From Eledone cirrhosa (taxonomy: Eukaryota): DNA of 64,000 bases. Under the pieces are notes generated by a model that was not told where the DNA came from, searched no databases, and saw nothing but the letters and a program-made list of their open reading frames with translations. The stretch lies in the NCBI GenBank assembly GCA_964016885.1, contig OZ024742.1, positions 309,566,001-309,630,000 on the forward strand. The letters are read 5' to 3'. Positions 15,041 to 29,519 of the stretch are shown piece after piece; positions within the stretch are counted from its first letter, which is position 1; every line of letters begins with the position of its first letter. The position numbers were made by a program, and so were the translations under genes.

Positions 15041-16639
15041 TATGTTGCAGTTACCATATTTTGCAGTTTCCATCTAATACCGAAAAGACTGGCCATGGGC
15101 TTGTGGCAGGTTCTGGGAAGCTGGGAATGAATGAACAAAGGTTACGTGTCTCAGGATAATATCCATGAGCTCAGCTAGTCCCACTTGGGGATCCAGACGG
15201 TTGCTTCGCTAAGACCTGTTAGAAGGCGTGCTTGAGGACTTTGTTCCCCACCCACCACGATCCCCACAAGAAGAAGATATGATTCTTAGAAACCCCAATA
15301 GAATATTAAAACAGATTTTCATATAAAAGATAACAATTCTGCAGAAAATGACAGAATAGACATTTAGCGAAATAGGATATCATGATATAATCGATAGATA
15401 GAAACAAGCAAACCACTCAATTGGTTAATGAAAAGCGATAAACATCAATAATTTTATCAAACAGGATATGATTACAAAACCGATAGACGTAGATCAAGCA
15501 TAGAAAAGCAACAAGAACCCCAGACACCATCTTAGATAACACTTAGATAACAACTAATGAAAATCATAGTCACACACAATGTATGAACCTGTTCTAAAGT
15601 ATTCACAGCTAGCTTGAAATACCGAACCGAAAACTCCCCCCAAAACATTGCCTCATGATCGTCGGGGTGTAGAACTGGAAAAATAATGTTGATATTTGAA
15701 GTCGTAAAAAGCAGATTTAACTCCAATATTGAGTCGGTACATTATTTATCGATCTCGAAACGCAAATTTGATTGGGGTAGAACTTGAACTTAGAGTGCTG
15801 AGAGCCAGAACCAATACTGCAGGCCATTCTATCCAACAATATATTGACTCTGACAATTCGCCGCATTATGATATTATATACGTTAGTGCGCATATTTCTT
15901 CATATGTAACATGTTGATATTTTTGCGTATCAGAAGATTAGTTAAAATACAATTGGATTTAAAAGTTTAAAAAACTATAGAATTACGTGTTAATTTGTAA
16001 ATACACAAGTCATTTCAATCAGCGGCATTATTTAGTAGTATACCGAAACAAATACTTTTGTTAATACGCAAAACAACTTTTATATTCTGTATAGAACTTC
16101 TGTCCTTTAAAGCTTTATCATTTCTGTGGAAGTGTCGAACTTTAAATTTTTGGATGGTAAACATAAACTTGGAGGGTAGACCTAGTTTAACACCCCTACC
16201 TGGCCCTTGAGTATTTTAACAGGATCTCTAAAGTTTGTCTCAACCCTGTAGGTTCATTAGGCCGGTGCTTATGCCAGGTTCTTTGGCGTTAAGCGCCTGA
16301 AAGTACAATACTTTCCCATGGACAGGACGCCAGACATCGCAGTGTTAAATCGCCAGCATGTTGGCACTCATTTTCAGCTGACTATTCTGGAGGAACTAGA
16401 AATAGGTCTATTCTGTAAGAAACAGCCAAGCTAGATCTCTGGATTGAAGATATTTTCCTCGCTCCCTTTTACTAGTCAGAGGAGCGTATGGGGGGTGTCT
16501 TGCATGAGCACTGCTCCCCGTCCTCACTAAAGGATAGGAATAGGTGTTTATTTTCTACCAGAAAACAAACACGCATTCTTATTATTTTAATCGGTTCGAG
16601 ACGATCGTTATTAATCTTTTAAGCAGTTACTGGCCCTTT

Positions 16640-16762
16640 ATGGTCTGAGTTCAAATCCCGCCGAGGTTATCTTTGCCTTTCATCCTTACGAGTTCGATAA
16701 AATAAAGTACCAGTAATGTACTGGGTAATTGCTGGTCTTGTGCCAAAAGTAGAAACAATTAA
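16640..16762 (+). mobile_element. Nin-domain SINE, 5'-truncated
   Basis: CTGAGTTCAAATCCCGCCGAGGT..TTTGCCTTTCATCCTTACGAGTTCGATAAAATAAAGTACCAG. Confidence 0.8.
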
Positions 16763-17287
16763 TCTTTTAAGTAGTTCTCAGTCACTGGGGATTTTAATTT
16801 TTGTATGGATGTTATTATTTATTATGTTATTAGTTAATTATGTCTATAGTGTTAACACAAATTATTTTACTTTCTATGTTATTGCTTTGTACAGAAAAAA
16901 AAAAAATTGACCCATTTCAGTTTGCTGGTATTTTTCTTAATTCAATTCTTGTGAGTCTAGTGGGAATTTAATTTGGAGAGAAGTTGAAGTACTTTTTGTG
17001 AGATCTAGATTTTTTGGTCCACAAGTTCTCAATTCTATTATATCACAACTAGAGAACATTGTATAAGTCACCTTCACATTAAAGATAAAATTCTATATTA
17101 TTCGTGAAACAGAAATCTAGAGTTTCATCTGATTGACTAGAGGACTATCTCTAACATAAACAGCACATTGGTGACGGCAAACAGATATTCTGTTTGTCTC
17201 TAGTCATGTTTGATATAGTGAACGAATTTAAGCTTCTGACCGTTTGAAGCCGGGAAATATTGAATTTACCCATAAAAAGAATGTTGG

Positions 17288-17422
17288 TAGGCAGCGGATT
17301 GACAGAGTCTTTAGAACGATGGGTAGAATGCTTTGCGGTATTCGTTCCGGCTCACTATACTCTGAGTTCAAATCCCGTTGAGGTCAACTTTGCCTTTTAT
17401 CTTTTTGAGGTCGATAAATAAA
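17288..17422 (+). mobile_element. Nin-domain SINE
   Basis: AGGCAGCGGATTGACAGAGTC head, B-box GAGTTCAAATCC, GCCTTTTATCTTTTTGAGGTCGATAAA. Confidence 0.75.
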
Positions 17423-18039
17423 TTATTTCTTTATATCTCTTTTCTCTCCTTCTTGAAAAAATTGGCTGTTCTCAAACCTAGAGATGGGTTTAAAATGTCC
17501 AAGACACATCGCGTGTCACCACGGTGCCATTACGACTCCACCAGGAGTTACGGATCCATACATATAATATGTTGGTACTCTACACTTTCTGAGGATTTCT
17601 TTAAATGTTGAATTATGATCTGGTTCACAATATAATGTAAATATTATTTAGTTAAGTTTGCTTTATATTTACTATTAGTGTCTGTAAATGTACTGTAGAA
17701 CATACTGTACTTGTACAAGTTTCAGCTGACACTGCATGTACACCTGTACAACGAGAATAGATTTCCAACAGCGAATTAGCAGAATCATCATGGTGTCTGA
17801 TTAAATTTTCTTGCAGTGTTTGTTCCGGTTCCCTGCACCTTGTGTTCCAATTTTGCCTTTTATCGTTTGTATGTATGGTTTCGTAACTCCTAATAGAGTT
17901 GTAGGGGTGCCATACGGCGTTTCTTGGGCATTTTTTAAAGCCTGGCAGAGCTCATCCCTCTCCAGGCCTCAGTACAGCAGATTTCTTCCATAGAAAAATA
18001 TAGAATGTGAGAGAGAGGAAATGAGAAAAAGATATAGAG

Positions 18040-18204
18040 GAAGAATCGACCTTAGTACCGACTGGTACTTTTTTTTATCGACCTCGAAAGGATGAAAGGC
18101 AAAGTTGACCTCGGTGGGATTTGAACTCAGAGAGCAGAGAGCCGGAACAAATACCATAAAGCATTCTATCCGACGTTCTAACGACTCTGCCAATTCGCCG
18201 CCTT
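18040..18204 (-). mobile_element. Nin-domain tRNA-derived SINE
   Basis: Reverse complement AAGGCGGCGAATTGGCAGAGTCGTTAG...GAGTTCAAATCCCACCGAGGTCAACTTTGCCTTTCATCCTTTCGAGGTCGATAAA..AGTACCAG. Confidence 0.85.
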
Positions 18205-18789
18205 ATTTTTATCGTTTATGGGTCGATAAAATAAAGTACCAGTCAGTGGAGATGAATTCTTTAAGCCAGACGTAATTTTTTGATCGCCTTCATTCAGCAT
18301 TGCTCGCCAAATGTACCAGTTTTATTCATATTCCAAAGAATTTTTTAATTTGTCCACATTGCTTTTGCTTTTCGTTCCAGCGACATTCTGTTTGTTATAG
18401 ATAATTTCAGTAGGCATCATTTCATTGAAGGACATTAGAAGGACATTAATATTTTGTATATTGTTGTCTATTCTCTAGAAGCTTGAGTTTTATAAGCTAC
18501 CCACGCAGCTATACGTTCGGCGTCACAGTTTGCATAAAACAGGGTTGCGAACATTGTTTTCTGTGTGTTTGTTTTATAAGTGTTTTAGGCCGCGTTGTGT
18601 TGTGATCATTTTATTATTTTTTGAAAAGAAAACGCTACGATATATATATATGGTAAGTTTTTGCGTATGCTTGTGTATGTACGTATTTGTTTGCGTGTTT
18701 GTATTTATTTATTTCTATTACTTCTGTATTGTATTTATTTACTTTGTTCTTAACTCTGTAGCGGAGATTCATTCGGTCTCCTAGTTAGA

Positions 18790-19050
18790 ATTTAGTGTAC
18801 GACTTCTGCTATACCATTTACGTGGTTTTGTCTTTGCGTGCTATTGTTCTCCACGCTCCACATATGACGTAGTATCTTCGTTTTTTCGTTCATTGCCAGA
18901 GAACGTCTCTATGCACCACATAAGAGAACATTAGTCTACGACCTCTTTTATACCATAAACGTGGTTCTGTCTTTGCGCGTAATTGCTTTTCACCGCTCCT
19001 ATTAATGACGTATTATATTCGTTTTTTCCCGTTCTTAGCCAGCGAACGTT
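18790..19050. repeat. Diverged tandem duplication, period about 139 bp
   Basis: ATACCAT..ACGTGGTT.TGTCTTTGCG...ATGACGT...TTCGTTTTTT...GCCAG.GAACGT at about 18811 and 18950. Confidence 0.7.
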
Positions 19051-19206
19051 ACCACGAACCAAAGTATCGTCTTCCTGTCTTCCTCCGGTTGCAACGTTTT
19101 TTGAAATATCCAGTTCTGCCTTTACAGATTGACTTTGTTAGTTTCAGAAGATCCCGTTAAGGGTGAAAGCAGCGATTCTTTGCTTAAACTTTAATCTGTT
19201 ATTTTA

Positions 19207-19682
<476 letters not shown>

Positions 19683-19762
19683 GGGGTAACACATTATTGT
19701 TGTAGGAGATCGAATGACGTGAAAACAAACCGTGTCACTCTTCTTTCCTGATTTATATATAT

Positions 19763-20373
19763 ATGGTGGCTGCCAACTCGTTTTCGAGTACGGCCACTAC
19801 TTTATATCCATGTAGGAGAACCCCTACCGATGCGTTGAACGAATGTGACTTTTTAGTCCAGCCAGCGACTTGAAAACTCTGGTACATACACTACACCTGT
19901 GACAATTATTGACACATAGTGATGGGCCCATGGTACCATGTGACGACAAGTGCAGAGAGATCTCCAGATATAAAGCAATGCCTGTGCCGTGAAGCTTTTA
20001 TAGTGAGCAAAGGCACTGCACAAAGCCAGTCCCACTCTCTTAACCAAGATGATATTTACCAAAAAGAAGAACAAGTCAACATCATTGGTAACCACCAGAG
20101 TTGCAGGTGTTATATCAGAGTTTTCCTTCTCCTAGAATTCTGCCTTTGCAAAGGCTAAGGGGTCATCTCTCCCGGTGATTTTGGATGGCCATTGACTCTT
20201 AAGAGCTCCTTTGCCCTTTGACAGGTTTTGTTTTTAGTCCTGCAGGATGTCCAAAGTCACCCTCCTCACCAAGAAACCTTGGTGGGGTTGCCAGTTTAGT
20301 CGCCAACGACCCGACCATGAGACAGGTTGTACTGGGATACATGTTACCAGTAGCACCAACTGGTGACCTGACA
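19763..20373 (-). mobile_element. About 610-bp non-coding interspersed element (copy 1)
   Basis: Near-identical reverse complement of 28245-28856; both copies are bounded by microsatellites; contains TAGGAGAAGGAAAACTCTG, reminiscent of RTE 5' UTRs. Confidence 0.75.
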
Positions 20374-20399
20374 TAATATATATATATATATATATATAT

Positions 20400-20700
<301 letters not shown>

Positions 20701-20704
20701 CATG

Positions 20705-20937
<233 letters not shown>

Positions 20938-21211
20938 ATGAAATGACAGCAGACTGGATTTGTGTAAATCCTTGAAAGGTTTATTATACTATGATCATTT
21001 CAATGACCGGGTTCCGTATGAATCCGGTGATTGAATCAGGTATTCGAAATATAATACGTGAATGTAATAGATAAAATCCATGGGGCTGAAAATCGAGGAC
21101 CCGAGGGCGACCGCTATCTTATATTATTACATTACGATTGACCATACGGAATAGACCAGCTCTATACAGTGGTGAACCTCAAACCTGAATAAATATATAT
21201 ATATATATATA

Positions 21212-21805
21212 TAAATTAAATTAATAAAATAATGAATAAACAAAGAAACACTTCCTTATATTAAAAAGAATTCATCATTTTACGATCGTTTCTAGGATAT
21301 ATATGTGTTAGAGTTGGTATGCATATTCTATAGATCTATGTACAATATTTATACAAACTATCAGAGGGAATATACATACCTACACATATATATGCTGTCT
21401 TCAGAAATAATGATATTTGTTTATTGATAAAGACAAAGATTCAATACAAAAGGTCTGTTTGGGAACAGGTTTTGAATTGACCAATCAGGAGATAGTGAGG
21501 GTCAAGATAGTAATATAGTAGTAGAAGACCCTTAAATTATGGGTAGAGGAAGGTAGATTTCAGTTTAGATTGTATTGAATCTTTGTCTTTATCAATAAAC
21601 AAATATCATTATTTCTGAAGACAGCATATATATGTGTAGGTATGTATATTCCCTCTGATAGTTTGTATAAATATTGTACATAGATCTATAGAATATGCAT
21701 ACCAACTCTAACACATATATATATCCTAGAAACGATCGTAAAATGATGAATTTTTTTTAATATAAGGAACTGTTTCTTTGTTTATTCATTATTTTATTAA
21801 TTTAT
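21212..21805. mobile_element. Fold-back pLTR-like element with about 235-bp inverted arms
   Basis: 21220-21448 is the reverse complement of 21569-21803; each arm carries an HHR. Confidence 0.85.
21607..21748 (+). ncRNA. Type I hammerhead with long stem II (inverted copy at 21273-21412, minus strand)
   Basis: Stem I CATTATTT/AAATGATG; CTGAAGA; stem II ATATATATGTGT/ACACATATATAT; GAAAC GATC GTA. Confidence 0.8.
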
Positions 21806-21937
21806 CTTGACTCTGTTTTCCGTTTATTTTTCACCGAAAGTAGTTTTTGAATGCATCTTCTCTTTTCATGATATCCGGATTACATTGAGTTCTTCATACG
21901 GATTGGACACTACCGTAAACTTTTGGTAGATTTATCT

Positions 21938-22021
<84 letters not shown>

Positions 22022-22035
22022 ATATATATCTATCT

Positions 22036-22447
22036 ATCTAAGGCGGGTAAAATTCCCGAGATCCATGGACGAGTTCTCTCCAGCGGTCTCTGTCCCTCAT
22101 TATCGCTGCCATATCCTGCATCTCCAACAGACCAGTGTCTGTCCTTAGGGCATCAACATATGTTAACCTTGGTCTTCCTCTTCTAATGTGTCCATGTAGG
22201 GGCTCCCAAAGGAGAACTGAGTGCAATGTAGTGGACTATTGTATGCGCCTTGCACTGGAGAAACACCAGGACTCTGGCTTTACTGTAGCACCGGCTCAGA
22301 GCAGGAGAGTTGGGGCGAAAAAGGTATCGGATGCTGAATTTGCCGACGACATAGTTTTGGTGACAAATACAGTGAAGGAGGCAGAGGATTTGATGCGGGA
22401 GGTTGAGACTGTGTCGATGAGTGTGGGGCTGAGAATGAATGAGACTA
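22036..22447 (-). mobile_element. RTE-group LINE fragment with an inverted 5' segment
   Basis: 22038-22226 minus strand: LLWEPLHGHIRRGRPRLTYVD (C-terminus). 22226-22447 plus strand: AEFADDIVL..GLRMNETK (RT catalytic region). Confidence 0.8.
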
Positions 22448-22453
22448 AAAAAA

Positions 22454-22504
<51 letters not shown>

Positions 22505-22569
22505 GTTAAAATACAGGAGTGTGTTGGAGTTAAACGCCCTCTTCGTATTATAGAAATGACAGTAAAAGG

Positions 22570-22812
22570 GATCTTAAGGGAGCTAATATACCATATAGCC
22601 TTAACTGGCGTTTAGTAGCACGCTCTAACCACCTTTCTACACATACTAAGTTTTGTAATCTCTGTATCCTCGAGACACACTCTATAATCTTCTCTAGCGC
22701 ATCTTTACTTAATAGAAAGTCTGAGATATTCTCTTCTTGCCCCCACGCTATTTCTAATTCATACTTTTATTATAAACCTAAACGTTCTAGTAGTACAAAT
22801 TGTACCCATTAG
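22570..22812 (+). pseudogene. C-terminal GIY-YIG region fragment of a second Naiad PLE family (absent from the ORF track)
   Basis: Manual translation DLKGANIPYSLNWRLVARSN...KFCNLCILET...LLNRKSEIFSSCPH aligns with DLKDNNITYDHTWRLLSRAN...CNLCSEET...LLNKKDELVTACKH of the 51430 ORF. Confidence 0.85.
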
Positions 22813-24606
22813 CTGATATATTCCATTATTTATTTTTTAGTTTAGGTTCTTTTGTTTGCCAACATTATTATTATCATCATTATTATCATTGGTTTTTGAT
22901 GACTCTTTATTCTAGCTCTCATAATCTTTTGGCTACTGTACCATATCTATCTTCTTATGCATTAAATTTTCACTATTACACCTTATAAGATTATATATTT
23001 TACGCTATTTATTTTATTTTATTCTTATTTTTATTTTTATTTTTATTCGGATTCTTCTTTGGACCCCCCCCCCCACCATGCGCACATAAACTTAGTGTCA
23101 ACCCCTCCAAATTGACTATGATTATATTATATTTAACCCCCCCTCCTTTACGCTCCTTTCTATTATGTAATATAGTATATCGACTATATTTTATGCCCCT
23201 TTGCATCCTCCATATATTTCTCAATTTCTGTCCCTATTAGCCTACCTTAATTCTGCTTAAGTCAGTTCTTTAGATATCGTTATGTATATGATAATAAAAA
23301 AATTTCATTCCTTTTTGTAAACATTTGCAACGAAATATTAACGTTTATAAACTTTAATGACTTAAACTATAGCTAATATTATACTACCTTATTGGATAGT
23401 TTAAATATTTTTAATATTAATTTATCAAATAGGGTTTTTGAGTCATTTACAGGGGTTGTTTCCTTAGTTTTTACTTAACTACTTAACTGCATGTGAGACC
23501 TAAATGTATACGTTTGTTTTTGTTTTTTAATTTCCGGTTGATTCTATTTATTTACTTTATTCTATATTTTATATTTTATATTTTATTTGTAATACTACTG
23601 TGCATTATATTTACTGTCTGGCACTTACTCACTCATCCATATACATGTCTGTCTACCAACCTTGTAATTATAAGTAATTATATATTATATTATATTAATT
23701 TATTTTATATAATATATTATATTATATTGTATTTTTTATTGTAATATTGATCCTTATTACTTACCGTTAATTATATGTAACATTATGATATGTTAAACTT
23801 TATATATCATGTAAGATGTTTGAACTTTTGTACCATCAACATTTTTTTGAGGCATTGTACAATTTATTTTTCCTCACCTACTCTGTAACCCAGTTTGAAT
23901 TGATTTGTTAACGTGAGTACCTTTATATTGTTTATTATAAATGTTAGTATATTGTATATTGTAAATGTTAATATATTATTATTATATTATTATTGTGACA
24001 TCTATATTGTTTGTGTAAATTAACCGGAGATTATCTATCCTATTATATTGTATTATATAGTATATAACTGTATTATTTATTATTTATTATATGTGCTACT
24101 TATAATTATATCATATTATTACCTCATGTATATTGGGTAGACGTATTAGTAATATTATTATTATTATTTTCATTCCTATCATGCTTATTTTTATATTCAA
24201 ACTCTTAATAAGGTTTAATTTGTGCAGTTGAGGATGGATGTGTGTATTGTTGTATGTGTATGTGTGTGTACGTGTGTGCACATATATACATATGCATATT
24301 GTACCTTTTGATTTTTATTGTAATTTTAATGTTGGTAAAGGTATATTATATTATATTATATTATATTACATTGTATTATATATAATTCCTGCTATATATA
24401 ACCACCTTTGTTTAGCTCTAGGTTTTTTTTGCTTTGGACTATATTTGTAATATGGTTCTTAATGTTATATACATCCTTAGTAATTTTTATTATATATTTT
24501 TATTATTTTTATTATATATTTTTGCAATACTTTAGTGTATGTACACTCCATATTCTTCGGAGCTTCCGGCTTGTATCTGCCGATATTACTTCTTGTTGTT
24601 TTAATT

Positions 24607-24644
24607 GCCCTGATGAGTCCTTAATAGGACGAAACATTGTCGGC
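24607..24644 (+). ncRNA. Minimal type I hammerhead ribozyme
   Basis: GCC CTGATGA GTCC TTAATA GGAC GAAAC ATT GTC GGC; fully canonical core. Confidence 0.88.
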
Positions 24645-24689
24645 TAATAAAGACTTTTGATGTATTGAAGGCTTCTTTGTTTTACTCTC

Positions 24690-24780
<91 letters not shown>

Positions 24781-25090
24781 GGTGTCCCCCAAAATGTATA
24801 CACACATATTAGCAAACAAGCACTTACCACTCGTATATGAAAATCTGGCTGATCAGTGGATCTGCTAATATGTAGATCTGACTGATCAGCCAGTCTGCTA
24901 ATATTCAAATCAGGCCGATCAGTCACTGTGTATTTTTGGAAATAGCAGTTAGTTAGCATTAGTGTCTGCAGTTCTGTTTGCATGCCAACACAAGAGCAAG
25001 AATGAAGTATTCATTCTACTGACATGACTATAAAATTGAGGCTTGTTTGCATAATTGCAAACGAATTGAATGTTATTATTAATATTCGAA

Positions 25091-25278
25091 AAGGGCGGTG
25101 GATTGGCAGTATCGGTAGAGGGTCGGACGCCATGCTTTCTAGCATAGTTACGTCCCTTTACGATCTGAGTTCAAATCCCGCCGAAGTTGACTTTGCCTTT
25201 CATCCTTACGGGGTCGATAAAATAAAAGTACCAGTAATGCACTGGGTAATTGCTGGCCTTGTGCCTAAAGTAGAAACA
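25091..25278 (+). mobile_element. Full-length Nin-domain SINE with 16-bp TSD
   Basis: TSD ATTATTAATATTCGAA at 25075-25090 and 25279-25294; the empty site is visible in the paralogous unit at about 25723-25745. Confidence 0.9.
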
Positions 25279-25575
25279 ATTATTAATATTCGAAGAACTC
25301 AGATTACATTTATTGTATTCAGTCATGTAGAGCGAAATTTTCTCTTTTTTTAAAATTTGAATTTGGCAAAGCCGGCCATTTATCGCTCGTATACAGAAAA
25401 CTGATTGGCCAGTCTGCTGATATGCAAAACTGGCTGATCAGTGGATCTGCTAATATGCAGATCTCACTGATCAGCCAGTCTGCTAATATGCAAATCAGGC
25501 CGATCAGTCACTGTGTATTTTTGAAAATAGCATATATTTTCACTAGCTCTGACAGTTTGGCAGGTGAACAGTAAG

Positions 25576-25619
25576 CTGTACTGATGAAGGGTGATACCCA
25601 GAAACATTAGTGTCTGCAG
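25576..25619 (+). ncRNA. Type I hammerhead ribozyme
   Basis: CTGTA CTGATGA A GGGT GAT ACCC A GAAAC ATTAGT GTC TGCAG; stem I CTGTA/TGCAG. Confidence 0.8.
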
Positions 25620-26744
25620 TTCTGTTTGCATGCCAACACAAGAGCAAGAATGAAGTGTTCATTCGACTGACATGGCTATACAATTGAGGCTTGTTTGCAT
25701 AATTGCAAACGAATCGAATGTTATTATTAATATTCGAAAAACTCAGATTACATTTATTATATATATATATATACAAAGTGTTAAAACGATCAAATTTTAG
25801 TTTAGAACATTTATTTGTTTCTTCCAGAGAGAAGTCTGGAATCATCGGAGCATAGGGAATGTCGAAACATGTTACTAAAATCCTAGTCATTTAGAACATT
25901 TAGGGTACATAATTGTTGTTAGTGTCATAGGTAACATGTGGAGAGTCGGGAGTTAAAAAGATGTTCTGCTTGAGAGAACACAATCACAGGCAGCACTGGT
26001 TGAAAGTGTAAGGGGTATAAACGAGAAGCACAAGCAAAAAAAATACAGGCAAAAAAGTTATAAGCAAGTACAATTGGTGTACAATGCAGGAGTCAATACA
26101 GTCAATAAGGCATGTATGAGGAAAGAGTTATAATGCAGTTGAAATAAACATAATTTGTGTGGGGTGTTAAAGCATGTTATAATTGTTATAAATGTTTAAG
26201 GTAGTGTGCAATTTGTTAGAGACGCATGTAGTGATAATGTAGGTATTTGTTATGTAAGGTGTAATGCAAAGCAAATGATAGTTAGATATGTGATTTTCAT
26301 TCAAGTGTTTTTGTGTTGTAGTTCGTATGTATGTGTATATGTTGTTTGTAACTCACAGCTATTAACCATGGGATTTTGTCATACCGGCTAGTACTTAGTA
26401 CTACTCTCCATATTTATAGTTGTATCAAACATATATAAATATAAATATTCTTATTACTATATAAGAGCCCACTTGCATAAGAATCCATTGATCTTACACA
26501 AGCTTCTACATAACTTGGTATAATTTCACCCACCATGTAGAAATCTTATAATGAAACGATTCGTTTGGGAAATGAGTTATTTAATATATCTCATATAAAA
26601 TAATACAGCCAATTATCCACACAATACAATATAGTTAGCACCCCAAACGTTTAATTGGGAATATACTCCGGTATTTCCTGTTTGTTGAGTGAGTTGGAAA
26701 TTGGTCGGAGTATAGCTTTCTCCGTTTATGTAATTATGTATATA

Positions 26745-28065
26745 TATATATGTCTATATGTTTGTAATTAAAATAATACGAAATATTGATATGTATTCAC
26801 TGTTCAATTATAGCATTACACAAAGTATATTTTATTTAATTACATACACACTGTATATGTATGAATATATTTATGTATGTTCTTCTTGTTTTATAATGTC
26901 ACAAATGTTTACCAATAGAGAAAGAGAGTCAGTTTCTAACATAGTTACAAGACTCTCTCATTGGAATTTACACAACATCAACTAGGTAGATATCCATGTC
27001 TGCATGCATGCATATGTGTGCAGGTATGGATGTTATTGTATGTGTGGAGGTGTATGTTTTCAGTTATATGTGTGCATGTGCATATGCTTTGTATCTGTAC
27101 ATGTGTACATGGAGTTATTAGATGCAACATTTTTGGAATGTTTTACATATTTTTACTGTTCCATTAATGGATTGTACTTGTAATTTCCTAACTAGTTGTG
27201 TTCTTTCTGTTCCTGTGAAGCCTAACTTCTCAAGATTTGTATTGAGGCAGTTACTAACATATCCCAGTGCCCCAATAATCACAGGCATAAATCTGAAGGT
27301 GTAATCAGGGTGGAGTATCTGCAGATTTCTCATCAGTTCTGCATAAATATTTTCCTTTTCACTAATCTTTGATATTATATTGGCATCTGCTGGGCAGCTA
27401 ATTTCCACTACTGTGCATGTTTTCCTCTCCCTGTCCCATATCATAATATCTGGTCTGTTATGCCTGCATTTTATTGGGGTTTTTACTGGAACATTCCACC
27501 AGTACTCTTTCATATTATGTACATGGATGTCTTCCACATTGTTGTAGCTTTTAATGTGTTTATCATCGGGGCTATCTTTTTTACGAACTGCATTGTAGTG
27601 TTTTGGCCACTACATCATGCCTCATAGGTAGATAGTACCGCGATGACAGTTTTGGGCAGCTGCTGATGACATGGGTGATATCCTCGATGTTAGTTCTGCA
27701 GAGTCTGCACTTGTTATCACATCTAGGTGTTTTGCCTGCATCCCTATCTCTTTTGTGAATCAGGTATTTCGTGTTAATCTCCTGTTCTTGGATTGCAAAA
27801 GCGTATCCTTCAAAGTGGGAGCCAATATAGCGGTTGTTGGTCCAAGATAGACTACTTTCCTTATCTATATTACTCTCACTCTGGAGCTTCCTGGCACCAT
27901 ATCCATGCATGATTTTTTGCTGATAGGCATGCAGTTTTTCATCCATGGATTCACTGCGATACTGCTGAGCGACATCCCTGGGTGTGAGATTTTGATTATC
28001 ACACAGGGAATATCTCTCAAGGAGTTCCTTCCCAACTCTCATGATCTTATCTGTTTCATGCAGAT
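26745..28065 (-). mobile_element. R4/Dong-like LINE 3' fragment with restriction-like endonuclease
   Basis: CRLC..EDITHVISSC (CCHC), RHD, and NRPDIMIWD..VEISCP..K..Y (PD-D/ExK); frameshift near 27595; ORFs 27581-28042 and 27118-27537. Confidence 0.88.
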
Positions 28066-28244
28066 AGACTTGCTCGAGAAGCGGGCTCCTACGCTTCGAG
28101 GTTCGTAGATGTTGTCGGAGAGATATGATGCGACATTCAAATGTTGTCTGGACTGATGTTAGGATGTTATGTATGTATGTATGTATGTATGTATGTATGT
28201 ATGTATGTATGTATGTATGTATGTATGTATGTATGTATGTATGT

Positions 28245-29018
<774 letters not shown>

Positions 29019-29249
29019 AACAAAAAAGCACACATATATATATATATATGCGTAAGTATGTGTAATTAATTAATTAATGAATTAATTATTTATTAAATTA
29101 TTCAACTAATGTTTTATTCTGCCTAAGAGAAATAGCAAGAAAACGTACCATTTCAGTATTGGTATATCAACCTCGTTAATTCAAACCTTTTATTGCTATA
29201 TTTTTAATGGCAGACATTGAACCATAAGAATCCCCCATGTGTATTTCTG

Positions 29250-29410
29250 AGTTGGATTGGCAGTATCGGAGTTTGAATTCAGCTGAGGTTAGTTTTACCT
29301 TTCATCCTTACAGGGTCGATAAAATAAAGTACCAGTAACGTACCAGTTTCGATTTAATCGACTTTCCCCTCTCTCTAAATGTGTTGGCCTTGAGCTTAAA
29401 TCAGAAAACA
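29250..29410 (+). mobile_element. Degenerate Nin-domain SINE
   Basis: CCTTTCATCCTTACAGGGTCGATAAAATAAAGTACCAG. Confidence 0.7.
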
Positions 29411-29519
29411 CACACACACACATACACACACGACCATGTCATTGTGTAGTGAGGCCATTCTCTTGCCATCCCTTTCTGAGCTGTTTAAGTTCCACTCTGA
29501 CCAGGTGACTGTGTGTGTG

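Larger units (their letters stand above)
22503..24692 (+). mobile_element. 5'-truncated Naiad-like PLE with long AT-rich pLTR/3' UTR
   Basis: ORF fragment, about 1.8 kb AT-rich tail, terminal HHR and AATAAA; bounded by (TA)n on both sides. Confidence 0.7.
24835..25760 (+). repeat. Tandemly duplicated PLE-like unit (a related copy lies at about 9560-9690)
   Basis: CTGGCTGATCAGTGGATCTGCTAATATG... and ATTAGTGTCTGCAGTTCTGTTTGCATGCC...ACTCAGATTACATTTATT each occur twice. Confidence 0.8.

Noticed and set aside
20986-21043. HHR on the minus strand (ATAC CTGATT..GAAATGATCATA GTAT)
   Set aside because: Stems pair but the core lacks GA; probably a decayed copy, so not listed as a feature.
25806-25848. 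HHR-like motif on the minus strand (CCGATGA TTCCAGA..TCTGGAA GAAAC)
   Set aside because: Good stem II but no stem I pairing and a mutated core.
26468-26569. HHR relic (CCCA...GAAACGATTCGTT TGGG)
   Set aside because: The CUGANGA core is absent.
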